Made by a program: the position numbers and the translations under genes. From the NCBI GenBank assembly GCA_963674965.2, contig CAXXFL010000003.1:160001-224000 (forward strand): a stretch of 64,000 nucleotides of DNA, read 5' to 3'. A model generated the notes under the pieces. The model was given only the letters and a program-made list of their open reading frames with translations, was not told the origin of the DNA and ran no database searches. Of this stretch, positions 20,381 to 29,772 are shown one piece after another. How positions within the stretch are numbered: position 1 is the first letter of the stretch; every line of letters begins with the position of its first letter. The DNA is from a bacterium (GTDB lineage: Bacteria; RBG-13-61-14; DATKZS01).

Positions 20381-21016
20381 CTAATAATGCTCGAGCATCG
20401 ACTTGTATCTCGTCACCATTTCCTCCACCGCCTTCGCCGAGTCCTCGGTGGCCTGGAAGGTCTTGAGACCGGCGGCGTTTACGATGATATCGGCGGCGTC
20501 CTCCACCGTGAGCTTGCCAACGTGGATTACCAGGTCGAAAAGCTCGGGGCTGGACACGTCGATCCCGTAAAGACTCATGCTCCATCTGGTCCGCTGCTCA
20601 TCGTCCTTCTTTATGTTCCTGAGCGCGTCCTCCCTCGATATCTTCTCACGCTCCATCTCCAGGGCAACCCTGTCGGCCATGTCCGAGATGATTCGCACTC
20701 GGAGGGCGTGACTTATCCCCTTCACGAAATACTGGCCGGCCAGGCCGTGATACACCACGTTGTCCCTGGCGAAACGCTTGAGCAGGGCGTACTGGACGTG
20801 AGCCACGTACTTTTCCTTCTTCTTGCTCACCTTGTCCAGGAAGGTGGGGGAGTCGTGCACGGCCCGGACCAGCTTATCCTCCGGTATGCCGAACTCCTTG
20901 CCCGCCTCCATAATTACCTCGCGAGCGATGCACTCGTATCCAAGACGGGAAGCGACCATTTCCGCCACTTCCTTGCCCCGTCCGTAAGACCCCCTGGATA
21001 TGGTTATTATGGGCAT
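20381..21016 (-). CDS. Cytidylate kinase-like family protein
   Basis: IITISRGSYGRGKEVA..LGY, DDEQR, FDLVIH. Confidence 0.85.
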   Translation of the reverse strand: MPIITISRGSYGRGKEVAEMVASRLGYECIAREVIMEAGKEFGIPEDKLVRAVHDSPTFLDKVSKKKEKYVAHVQYALLKRFARDNVVYHGLAGQYFVKGISHALRVRIISDMADRVALEMEREKISREDALRNIKKDDEQRTRWSMSLYGIDVSSPELFDLVIHVGKLTVEDAADIIVNAAGLKTFQATEDSAKAVEEMVTRYKSMLEHY

Positions 21017-21077
21017 GTCACTCTCCTATGATGGTTGTCTACCCAACCTTTTAAATTAGCTGAATTATTTTACAAAC

Positions 21078-22094
21078 TCAGCCTTTCGCTATTACTCCGT
21101 TCGGGAAGTCCTCCCAAATCAAGTTTTCCTGTAAAGTGATGTAAATGATCTTCAAAAATTTGCGAGCCAGTGCGATGATGGCCTTGCCCGCGCCGCGCCT
21201 GGCCTTGATACGCTCGTAGAAGCTCGACAAATAAGGGCTGTAACGCTTGGCGATGAGGGCGCATTGGACCAGGGTAGTGCGGCCGAGTTTGTTGCCCCGC
21301 TTCGTGATCCGGCCCGAGCGGCTGGTCTCGTTCGAGTTGCTAACCCGGGGGACGATGCCGAAGTAGGAGGCCAGCTTGCCCTCGTCGGGGAAGTCCTTGA
21401 CGTCAACGATCACCGACAAAAGTATGGCCGAGCCAAGGTCCCCGATACCCTTTATGCTCTTCAAATTCTTGTGACCGGGAAGCTGATTGCCCGAGTCCTT
21501 GATGGCGGCCTCAAGCTCCTTGACCCCGGCGTTCAAGCCCCGAATCTGCTCCACCAGGACGCGGACCTCGGTCTTGACCATGGGGTCGAAAGGTATCTCC
21601 TGCACCGTCTCAAGGCCCTTCTCGCTGGAAAGATATTCCTTCTTCAGGTTGATGCCGTGGGCCGAGCAGATGTTGTTGATCTTGTTCTTCAAGGCCGTGC
21701 GAAGCTTCACCAGCTTGTCCCGGCTTTGAGTGAGGCTTTTAACCTGAGCGTGTTCCTTGTTCGGCATCCTCACCTCCGGCAAAAGGCCCTTGGACAAAAA
21801 CAGGGCAAGGCGTCTGGCGTCGTTGCCGTCCGTTTTGTTGACCGACTCGCTGATGACCTTGAACTGGCGAGGGTTGACAACCACGACGCGGGAAACGAGG
21901 CCGCGAACGGCGTCGTAAAAAAGGCGGACGTTGCCCGTGACCTCAACCGCGATCTCGTCGGACTCGCGAAGCGTCGAGCAAAACTTCTCCAAATCCTCGA
22001 GACGCCAGTCCTTGAGATAGTTCCGTCCGTTCTCGGCCAGGACGCAAGAGGTGAAACAATTCCTGTGCAGATCGATTCCAATGTACCTTCCCAT
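21078..22094 (-). CDS. IS110 DEDD recombinase/transposase
   Basis: YIGIDLH, AVEVT, KTDGNDA, SIKGIG, SYFGIVP..SNS, GRITKRGN, ALARK. Confidence 0.95.
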   Translation of the reverse strand: MGRYIGIDLHRNCFTSCVLAENGRNYLKDWRLEDLEKFCSTLRESDEIAVEVTGNVRLFYDAVRGLVSRVVVVNPRQFKVISESVNKTDGNDARRLALFLSKGLLPEVRMPNKEHAQVKSLTQSRDKLVKLRTALKNKINNICSAHGINLKKEYLSSEKGLETVQEIPFDPMVKTEVRVLVEQIRGLNAGVKELEAAIKDSGNQLPGHKNLKSIKGIGDLGSAILLSVIVDVKDFPDEGKLASYFGIVPRVSNSNETSRSGRITKRGNKLGRTTLVQCALIAKRYSPYLSSFYERIKARRGAGKAIIALARKFLKIIYITLQENLIWEDFPNGVIAKG

Positions 22095-22122
22095 TTCCTT
22101 ACTCCTCCCTAGAAATAAATTT

Positions 22123-22283
22123 GATCTAAGGTCGGAGTAGACACGCTTTGAGGGGCCGCCAAACTCCTATACAAGGTCTAGCCTTACGGTGGCGCTCCAG
22201 TCGCGGGGCTGACTAATCTCCTTTACGAGGTCATAAGCCTCACGAAAACGATCCAGCCCACGACCCGCCTACTCCAATAGATC
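22123..22283 (-). ncRNA. Putative IS110 bridge RNA
   Basis: Closing stem GATCTA..GGAGTAG / CTACTCC..TAGATC; two internal hairpins each followed by an AGGAG-containing segment matching target or donor. Confidence 0.6.
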
Positions 22284-22444
22284 ATTCCTAACCTAGTTGA
22301 AGTATTTACCACCTCAAAACTCTTCATTCATACCATCTCCTTTCCCCTTCACGCCATAAGGTCCGAAATCAAGAATTCAAAGTATTCATTCGATTCGTTC
22401 AAGCTATCAAATCGGCGGCAAGGACACAAGGCAAGGCCGTAGAA

Positions 22445-24250
22445 TTATTCGTCCCTCGCCCTCGATCGGCCCTTCTTTTTGACCTGCTTGCCGGCTCGGC
22501 GTCCGCCGTTCTTTGTCTCCGGCGACAGCATCCCATGTTGTATAAGCCTTTCCTTGTCGGTCCTGGCCACGTGAATCTTTTTTCCCGCCAGGTCGGTCCC
22601 GGCGTGGTACATGGCCGAGGCCTCCGCGCCGGGAGTGGGGATGAAGCACTGGACCTGACGGGGCCGCCAGTTCCTCTTCCGGAGCCACGCCGCCAGCTCG
22701 AGCATGTCCTTTTCCTCGCATCCAGGAAAGGCGCTTATAAGATAGGGAACGACGAACTGTTTCTTGCCGGCCTTGTCGGAATACTTCTGGAACCTGGCCA
22801 GGAACTTCTCGAACGCCTCCGGCGCGGGTTTCCGCATCAGGGAAAGGACTTTGGGTGAGACGTGCTCGGGCGCGATCTTGAGCTGGCCGCCCACGAATTC
22901 CTCGACCAGGGCCTTGGTATAGGACTCGTCCCTGAGGGCCAGGTCGTAACGCACGCCGCTCGAGACCCGTACGTTCTTCACTCCCCTGATCTTCTTCACA
23001 GCTCTCAAAAGCCCGGCCAACTCGGGCTGGGCCGTTTGCAGGCTCGGGCATATCGAGGGGTGAAGACAACTGGGGCGCTTGCACGCGGTCCGGTCCTCCA
23101 GCTTGCAGGCGGCGCCCCACAAGTTGGCCGTGGGACCGCCCACGTCGCTTATGCTTCCCTTAAAGTCCGGACTTCCCGCCATGTCCTCGGCCTCTCGAAT
23201 AATCGAGTCCTTGCTCCGGGAGGATATGATCCTGCCCTGGTGAAGGGCGATCGAGCAGAAAGTGCAGCCGCCTCCGCACCCCCGGTGAGTGGTGATGGAA
23301 GTCTCGATCATCTTGGCCGCCGGGACCTCGGCGGCATATGAAGGATGGGGAAGCCGGGTGAAAGGAAGCGAATAAAGCTCGTCCATTTCCTCGCCGGTCA
23401 AGGGCGGGGAGGGAGGCGCGAAGTAAACCGTCCTGTCTCCCGAGCGCTGGCTGAGCCAGTGGTCGCCGTGATGAACGTGACGCGAAGTCGCCAGGGCCGA
23501 CGTTATAAGCGCGGCGGGGTCTTCTTCTATTTCCTCGTGAGAGGGAAGAACAACGAGACCGGAGCCGGGCAACGCCGCTTTTTCCACGGCGCTCGAGACA
23601 AACGCCGTTCCCGGAATACCGCGCAACGGGCGGCCGGCGTCGATGGACGGGTCCGCTTCCATGTCTTTTCGCGATAGAGACAACCGCCTCGCTATCTCGG
23701 CGACCGTCCTCTCTCCCATGCCGCAGACCAGGAGGTCGGCCTTGGCGTCGAGCAGGATGGAGCGGCGGACTCGGTCGGACCAGAAGTCGTAATGGCTCGC
23801 TCGCCGGAGCGAGGCCTCGACTCCACCGATGATAAGGGGAAGGCCGGGAAAGGCGGCCCTCGCCAAAGAGGAATATACTATGGTCGCCCGATTGGGCCTC
23901 CTGCCCGCCTTGCCGCCGGGAGAGTAAGCGTCGTCGCTCCGCTTCTTCCGAAAGGCCGTGTAATGGGCCAGCATCGAGTCCATGGCCCCCGCGGTTACGC
24001 CCACGAAAAGCCTGGGCCGGCCCATCGCCTCCAAGCCCGCCGGGCTTTTCCAATCCGGCTGAGCGATTATCCCCACCCGATAGCCCCGGCGCTCGAGCCA
24101 TCGCCCTATTATCGAGGCGCCGAAGGAGGGATGGTCCACGTAAGCGTCACCGGTTATCAGCAGAACGTCAAGTTCGTCCCACCCCAGGCGGTCCATCTCC
24201 CGCCTTGTAGTGGGAAGAAAAGCGGACGCTCCCTTTTTTCTCCCGCCCAT
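22445..24250 (-). CDS. YgiQ/UPF0313-family radical SAM protein
   Basis: GDAYVDHPSFG, GGVEASLRR, HRGCGGGCTFCSI, SDVGGPTAN, LKIAPEH, QVQCFIPTP. Confidence 0.92.
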   Translation of the reverse strand: MGGRKKGASAFLPTTRREMDRLGWDELDVLLITGDAYVDHPSFGASIIGRWLERRGYRVGIIAQPDWKSPAGLEAMGRPRLFVGVTAGAMDSMLAHYTAFRKKRSDDAYSPGGKAGRRPNRATIVYSSLARAAFPGLPLIIGGVEASLRRASHYDFWSDRVRRSILLDAKADLLVCGMGERTVAEIARRLSLSRKDMEADPSIDAGRPLRGIPGTAFVSSAVEKAALPGSGLVVLPSHEEIEEDPAALITSALATSRHVHHGDHWLSQRSGDRTVYFAPPSPPLTGEEMDELYSLPFTRLPHPSYAAEVPAAKMIETSITTHRGCGGGCTFCSIALHQGRIISSRSKDSIIREAEDMAGSPDFKGSISDVGGPTANLWGAACKLEDRTACKRPSCLHPSICPSLQTAQPELAGLLRAVKKIRGVKNVRVSSGVRYDLALRDESYTKALVEEFVGGQLKIAPEHVSPKVLSLMRKPAPEAFEKFLARFQKYSDKAGKKQFVVPYLISAFPGCEEKDMLELAAWLRKRNWRPRQVQCFIPTPGAEASAMYHAGTDLAGKKIHVARTDKERLIQHGMLSPETKNGGRRAGKQVKKKGRSRARDE

Positions 24251-24317
24251 CGGCAACCATGATATCATCAAAAAGCCCGAGCCGGATAGCTCGGGCCGCG
24301 GGCGTTATCTTCCGGGT

Positions 24318-25085
24318 TTAGAGATTTCTAATGGCGAACTTGCCGAAGTCCTTGATGGATTTTCGCATGACGATGGTGGAGAAGTACCTCACGATCCTGC
24401 TGGGCATGTAAAAATCAAAGGAAAGATTAAGGTCGTAGGTGGCGGCCGTCAATCCATCCGACCTGGTGTAAAAGGAATACCGACCCGAGTTTTCCAGGAA
24501 GTCCCCTCCCGCGCCCACCCATGAAAGGGTCAGGTTGGCGTCGTCATAGGAGTACTCGAGAGCGAAGGCAATTTTTCTAACGTAGGCGTTGGCCGTGAAC
24601 TCGACCAGGCGTCCCCTTCCGTTGGAGTACCTCTCCTTTACCGCGGCGCTCTCGTATATTTTCACCCACTCCGGGTATCTCTCGAACTCGGCTATCATGC
24701 GATAGAGGTGATCGGCCGGAGCGTCTATGCCCACCGTATGGGAGGCCTTGTACTTCATCACCGATCCCTGAATATCGAGAAAGGGGAAGTTTTCCTGTGT
24801 CTCCTCATCGAACTCGACCCCCACCAGATATGGCTCCGGGTTCAACGCCTTGCGGGGATTGGCGCTGCAATGGCGGACGGCCCCGCTCATGGTCAGGCTG
24901 GGCGCGCCGTTCTGGAGGACCACGTTGATGGACACGTCGCGCGAGGTATCCAGGGCCTCGGAGCTTAAAAGTCCGATGCCCCGCGAGGAAATATCCCGAC
25001 AGCGCGATGCCAGGGTCAGGCCGTTAAGGTTCATAAAAACCTCATAGTTAACGGCCATGCGGGGATGAGACCTTTTCTCCTCCAT
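24318..25085 (-). CDS. PilZ domain fused to an SRPBCC/START (cyclase) domain
   Basis: EKRSHPR and DISSRG (RxxxR / DxSxxG); then IDAPADHLYRMIAEFERYPEW..LSW..GRYSF. Confidence 0.75.
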   Translation of the reverse strand: MEEKRSHPRMAVNYEVFMNLNGLTLASRCRDISSRGIGLLSSEALDTSRDVSINVVLQNGAPSLTMSGAVRHCSANPRKALNPEPYLVGVEFDEETQENFPFLDIQGSVMKYKASHTVGIDAPADHLYRMIAEFERYPEWVKIYESAAVKERYSNGRGRLVEFTANAYVRKIAFALEYSYDDANLTLSWVGAGGDFLENSGRYSFYTRSDGLTAATYDLNLSFDFYMPSRIVRYFSTIVMRKSIKDFGKFAIRNL

Positions 25086-25240
25086 TTAATTGCCTCCTTG
25101 GAACGTTGTAAAGATGACTAAAAGGACCTGAAAGCGCGGTCTGGGGTCGGGGGCCCTTGCGATATTGTTCGGTGGCCGTCCATGGCTTCAATGTCTCTTA
25201 TTATAAATGACCTGGTTAAAGGCCGCAAGAAAAATCGTCT

Positions 25241-26527
25241 CTAGCCGTCGATTTTATCCATGGTCTCCTTGATGAAGAGGCTGGAAGCGACGGATACGAC
25301 CGATACTCCAAAGAGAATGAGGAAGGCCCTTTTAAAGCCCTCGGGCGCGTAATTGCCGTTCTCCAGTTTCCCCGTGACGTCCAGCACGTGACCCAGCAGG
25401 GGCTGAAGGATGGCCCCTCCCAGAAAGGGGAAAAGGTTGATCAGGCCGACCGAGGTGCCAGCGATCCGGACGGGAAACAATTCCTTGGCCGAGGTAAAGC
25501 CAATTACCACTATCCCGTTGGTAAACACCCCCATGGTGAAGCAAAGAAGATAGAGCTGAAGGGAGTTCATCTCCGTCGTCTTAAAAGCCAGAAAGCCCGC
25601 GCATGCCATGGTCATTATCGCCGCGAAGACCAGGACCGGCTTTCTTCCCTTCACCACCTTGTCCGAGATCAGGCTGAGCAGGGGACTGCCCACTATCATG
25701 CCGAAGGCGTGCATGTTGAGCACGGACGCCGCCCCGTCTCTCGAGTATCCGAATACCTGCATCAAATAGGGACCTCCCCACAGCCCGGCGAAGGCGAAGA
25801 AGATGGAGCAGCCGAAAAAGAACCACAGCGCCAGGGGCCAGAACCTGGGCGTGGTTACCACCACCCGGACCCCTTCCCATAGCCCCGTCTTTTCGGCTTC
25901 CGATCGGGGCGACTCGGGGACCGGCGAGGTCCAGCCCATGTCGGATGGGCGGTCCCTCACCACCAGCCAGATAAGGGCCGTAATCGCCGCGGTGATCCCA
26001 CCCACCAGGATAAAGGACTTCCTCCATCCCACCGCCCCGTTAAGCAGCGCCAGGGGAGTATAGGCCGTAAGGGAGCCGACCCCTCCCATGGCGATCATGA
26101 CGCCGGTCATGCGCGAGAACTCCCGCGCCCGAAACCAAACGGCCAGGGTCTTCATGGTGGGCACGAAAAGCATGGACACGCCCAGCCCCACCATTGTCCT
26201 GCCTATCACCGCCGAGGTCACGGAACCGGACAAGCCCAGTATGATCGAGCCCGCGCAGGCTAAAGTGAAAAAAGACGCGATGGTTTTCCGGGGACCCCAC
26301 GAGTCCGAAAGAAGACCCGCCGGTATCTGCATAAGGGCGTAAGGATAGAAATAAGCCGAGCCTAAAAGCCCGATAAGACCACCGGTGGTCTTAAGTTCCT
26401 TCATCATGTCCTCGGCCACCACCGCCGGGCATAGCCGATGGAAATATACCAGAAGGTACCCGGCGGCCAGCACGACGAAGATAAGCCACCTGTACTCAAG
26501 CGCTTTTTCCAGACCCCGATCTTCCAA
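25241..26527 (-). CDS. MFS transporter
   Basis: YFYPYALMQIPAGLLSDSWGPRK motif A, ~12 TM; probable TTG start behind GGAGG. Confidence 0.9.
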   Translation of the reverse strand: MEDRGLEKALEYRWLIFVVLAAGYLLVYFHRLCPAVVAEDMMKELKTTGGLIGLLGSAYFYPYALMQIPAGLLSDSWGPRKTIASFFTLACAGSIILGLSGSVTSAVIGRTMVGLGVSMLFVPTMKTLAVWFRAREFSRMTGVMIAMGGVGSLTAYTPLALLNGAVGWRKSFILVGGITAAITALIWLVVRDRPSDMGWTSPVPESPRSEAEKTGLWEGVRVVVTTPRFWPLALWFFFGCSIFFAFAGLWGGPYLMQVFGYSRDGAASVLNMHAFGMIVGSPLLSLISDKVVKGRKPVLVFAAIMTMACAGFLAFKTTEMNSLQLYLLCFTMGVFTNGIVVIGFTSAKELFPVRIAGTSVGLINLFPFLGGAILQPLLGHVLDVTGKLENGNYAPEGFKRAFLILFGVSVVSVASSLFIKETMDKIDG

Positions 26528-26647
26528 TTTTCCTCCCCCGGCGCTCCCGTTCATCTGCAACCCGGCCGCCGCGTCAAAGATGAATTGTACCTTTATCCAG
26601 GTGGGAATCAAAACTGAAGACTCGGCGGGCGAGTAAAGGCCCAGGGA

Positions 26648-27661
26648 CTAGATGGGGGCCTCCTCTTCCCTTACCGTGCCCCTTACCAGAAGCCACACGA
26701 AAAACGGGCCGCCCAGCATGGCGGTTATTACTCCCACCGGAATCTCGGCCGGCGCGATCAGGGTCCTGGCCAGGGCGTCGCAGGCGGTAAGGAAAGCCCC
26801 CCCGAAAAGCAGGGTGGCCATGGACAGGTACTTGTGGTCGGGACCGACCAGGAGGCGGCAGATGTGAGGCGCCATCATGCCCACGAAGCCGATGGGACCG
26901 CAGATGGCCACCACGCCGCCCACCATGAGGGACGAGGCGAAAAAAAGGACGTTCTTGACGAGCGTCACGTTGGCCCCCCTCCCGGCGGCTATTTCCTCGC
27001 CGGCCGTGAGCAGGTTGAGCTCCCGTCCCAGGGCCAGGACCGCCGCCCAACCCACCAGGGCGAAGGGAAGAAGGTTCAGGACCGAGTCGTATCCCACCAC
27101 TCGAAGCTCTCCCATCAGCCAGCGCACGATGCGGAAGGACTGGGTAAAGTCGCTTATATACTGCATGAAAAGGATGAGGCTCGAGAAAAAGAAACTGACC
27201 GCCACCCCCGCCAGAAGCATGGTGGCCGTGCTGAAACCCCGCTTGACTCGCGTAAGGCCGTACACCAGCAGGATCGAAAGGCCCGCCCCCACGAAGGCGA
27301 AGTAGCTCACGCCGCCGATTCCGAGAAGGGAAAAGGACAGGCCCATCCGCACGTATAGGGCCGCTCCCATGGACGCCCCCGACGACACGCCGAGGGTAAA
27401 GGGCGTGGCCAGCGGGTTCCGGAACATGGACTGGAAAGCCAGGCCGCTAAGCGCCAGAGAAGCCCCCGCCAGAAAGGCCGTGAGCGACCGGGGCACGCGG
27501 ATGTTCCAGAAGACGTCCGCGTCCAGGGCCGAGGACGAGAAGGAAAGTATCTCGGCCGGAGAGACGGACTTGAACCCGATAAAGGGAGTGGCCAGGAGCG
27601 CCGCCAGGGCCGCGAGGAAAATCACGGCCATCATGGCCGCCCGAGCTCCTCCCGGTCTCAC
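26648..27661 (-). CDS. btuC: Cobalamin/iron-chelate ABC permease (BtuC/FecCD)
   Basis: RVPR, FRNPLATPFTLGVSSGA, GPIGFVGMMAPH, EIPVG; under a B12 riboswitch. Confidence 0.85.
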   Translation of the reverse strand: MRPGGARAAMMAVIFLAALAALLATPFIGFKSVSPAEILSFSSSALDADVFWNIRVPRSLTAFLAGASLALSGLAFQSMFRNPLATPFTLGVSSGASMGAALYVRMGLSFSLLGIGGVSYFAFVGAGLSILLVYGLTRVKRGFSTATMLLAGVAVSFFFSSLILFMQYISDFTQSFRIVRWLMGELRVVGYDSVLNLLPFALVGWAAVLALGRELNLLTAGEEIAAGRGANVTLVKNVLFFASSLMVGGVVAICGPIGFVGMMAPHICRLLVGPDHKYLSMATLLFGGAFLTACDALARTLIAPAEIPVGVITAMLGGPFFVWLLVRGTVREEEAPI

Positions 27662-28443
27662 TTCCTCTCCATGGGCACGAGAAGCGGACGGTTCGAGGCC
27701 GGGTGAGGAGCGCGGATAAAGGGGACCCCGTATACTTCCTCGAGGGCAAGGCCGGCCGTCAGTTCCTCGATCGTTCCGTCGAATACCACTCTTCCCTCCT
27801 TAAGCGCCGCGGCCTTGGCCCCGTGCTGGACCGCCCCGTTGACGTCGTGGGTAACGGACACCACGGTCACCCCCTTTTCGCGGTTCAGCCGTCCCAGCGC
27901 CGAATGGACTTCCGCCTGGTGGCGGGGATCGAGGAAGGTGGTCGGCTCGTCAAGCAGCATGATCGGGGCCTCCTGTGCCATGGCGGCCGCGATGTATACC
28001 TTTTGCCTCTCCCCACCGCTCAAAGAGGAAAGAAGGCGTCGAGCCAGGTCCTCCGTGCCCGTAAGCGCCATGGCCTCCCCCGCGGCCCGCCTGTCCTCAC
28101 GGCTGAGCGAGGAAAATGGGCCACCGTAAGGATACCGGCTCATGAGAATGAACTCGAGAGCGCTGAAGGGACAATACTGCCCCTCAGACTGGGGAACGTA
28201 GCTGACCGTACGGGCCAGTTCCCTCCTCGAATAATCGAGCGAACGCCGTCCGTGGATCAGTATCTCGCCCGTCCAGCCCGAATGAAGGCGAAGAACGCAC
28301 TTGAGAAGGGTCGTCTTGCCGGCGCCGTTCGGTCCGATAATGGAAAGATAATCGCCCGACTCGGCGGAAAAGGAAACGCCCCGCAGGACGTCCTTGCCCC
28401 CCGTCCTGAAGGAAAGGTCCCGGACCTCGAGGGCCAGGCTCAT
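27658..28443 (-). CDS. btuD: Cobalamin/iron-chelate ABC ATPase (BtuD-like)
   Basis: GPNGAGKT, LSGGERQ, LLDEPT, THD; start MSLALE overlaps the upstream stop. Confidence 0.85.
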   Translation of the reverse strand: MSLALEVRDLSFRTGGKDVLRGVSFSAESGDYLSIIGPNGAGKTTLLKCVLRLHSGWTGEILIHGRRSLDYSRRELARTVSYVPQSEGQYCPFSALEFILMSRYPYGGPFSSLSREDRRAAGEAMALTGTEDLARRLLSSLSGGERQKVYIAAAMAQEAPIMLLDEPTTFLDPRHQAEVHSALGRLNREKGVTVVSVTHDVNGAVQHGAKAAALKEGRVVFDGTIEELTAGLALEEVYGVPFIRAPHPASNRPLLVPMERK

Positions 28444-29426
28444 ATCTTCTCCCAGTCGGCCTCGGGATGGATCGCCCGGGACATGTCCTCCACGATACGG
28501 GCGAAACGGGGACCCGGGATCACCGAGTAATCGCCCGACATGACGTAAACCCGGCCGTTCCTCACCGCGCTTACACGCGAGAGAACGTTCCACCCGGCCT
28601 TGACCTCATCGGCCGAAAGGCCCGACTCGGCGAGGTTCGCGCCGAAATCGACGATCACCTCCGGGTCCATCACCAGTATCCCCTCCAAGCCCACCTTGGG
28701 ATACTTGAGGCCGTCACCTTTATAGACGTTATCGCCGCCCGACATTGCGATCATCTCGTCGTAAAAGCCGCCCTTGCCCGCTATGTATACCTCCTCGGCC
28801 GACTCGGGAGTAAGCTCCCGGCTGACCACCACCATCACGCGGGGGCGGTCGAGTCCGGCCGTGAGCTTCCGGACGCGTGCTATCTCGTCCTTAATTCCCC
28901 CCACCAGGCGCGCGGCCTCGTCTTCACGGCCGCAGGCGCGGCCTATAGCGGCGATGGAATCATACACGTGCTCGGAGGACTCGTGCTCCAGGGCCAGGCT
29001 CTTTATGCCCCTCTTCGAGACGAACGAATCCAGGTCCTCCATCTCCGCCGTCATCACCACCAGGTCGGGACGAAGAGTGACGATGGCCTCGTAATTCGGA
29101 TCGATAAGGCCGCCCACCTTGGGCAGGGACTTGACCTCGGGAGGATACTCGCAATAGCTCGATACTCCCACTACGCGGTCGCCAAGACCAAGCGCGAACA
29201 CGACCTCCGTCAAATGGGGGGCGATGGAAACGATCCGGCGGCATTCCGTCTTTTCCGGCCGCGCCGGGTCCTCCTTGTCGGAGGCCAAAGCCTTGCCCCG
29301 GGCCTCGCCCACGCAGCCCGCGAGAAAACACGCCGACGCCGCTAAAAGGAGCGCCGGCCCAAGGCGATTATCGAGTGTCTTTTTCAAGCTTCCATCTCCC
29401 AGGGTCGTCCCGCCGGGCGAGGACAT
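28440..29426 (-). CDS. btuF: Cobalamin-binding lipoprotein (BtuF-like); true start may be slightly downstream
   Basis: Lipobox FLAGC; RIVSIAPHLTEVVFALG, PNYEAIV..PDLV, AVRNGRV, PGPR. Confidence 0.85.
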   Translation of the reverse strand: MSSPGGTTLGDGSLKKTLDNRLGPALLLAASACFLAGCVGEARGKALASDKEDPARPEKTECRRIVSIAPHLTEVVFALGLGDRVVGVSSYCEYPPEVKSLPKVGGLIDPNYEAIVTLRPDLVVMTAEMEDLDSFVSKRGIKSLALEHESSEHVYDSIAAIGRACGREDEAARLVGGIKDEIARVRKLTAGLDRPRVMVVVSRELTPESAEEVYIAGKGGFYDEMIAMSGGDNVYKGDGLKYPKVGLEGILVMDPEVIVDFGANLAESGLSADEVKAGWNVLSRVSAVRNGRVYVMSGDYSVIPGPRFARIVEDMSRAIHPEADWEKI

Positions 29427-29532
29427 AAGGAAGGCGAACGAAAAAATCCCCGAGTCTTAAAGACCCGGGGACGCCGTATTCCGTCCGCCTCGATAAATAA
29501 TCCCGCCCGTTTCCCGAGGCTTCCCGTGTTAT

Positions 29533-29692
29533 TTCGAGCAGGTCTTCTGGCTTCCGGCTCATCCTACCGGCCGCGCCTTCCCATCTTGATAGACAGTGGC
29601 CATCGCGGCTTTCGTCCCCGGTCACAGCGGCGGGTCCGCTACGGTTTCGCACCGTATTCCCTTTTAACGCCCAGCGGGCGACTCGCGTATAA
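29533..29692 (-). ncRNA. Cobalamin riboswitch
   Basis: Minus strand AAAAGGGAATACGGTGCGAAACCGTAGCGG..CCCGCCGCTGT..GCCACTG..GGGAAGGC..AGCCAGAAGACCTGC (B12 box) upstream of btuF. Confidence 0.92.
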
Positions 29693-29772
29693 ATTATATA
29701 ATAGGCCGTTAGGCCCGTTCAGTCAAGATGGCCCGACGCGAATTGTCGGGCCCAGCCGGACCCGCCTTCGCC

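Larger units (their letters stand above)
21028..22341 (-). mobile_element. IS110-family element inserted in an AGGAGA core
   Basis: TCTCCT at 21022-21027 and 22336-22341 brackets the transposase plus a ~240-bp upstream non-coding region; subterminal GATGGT/ACCATC. Confidence 0.8.

Noticed and set aside
22445-24250. Radical SAM gene as maturase for the 39-aa peptide
   Set aside because: Motifs are those of the widespread YgiQ family, with no SPASM or RRE domain.
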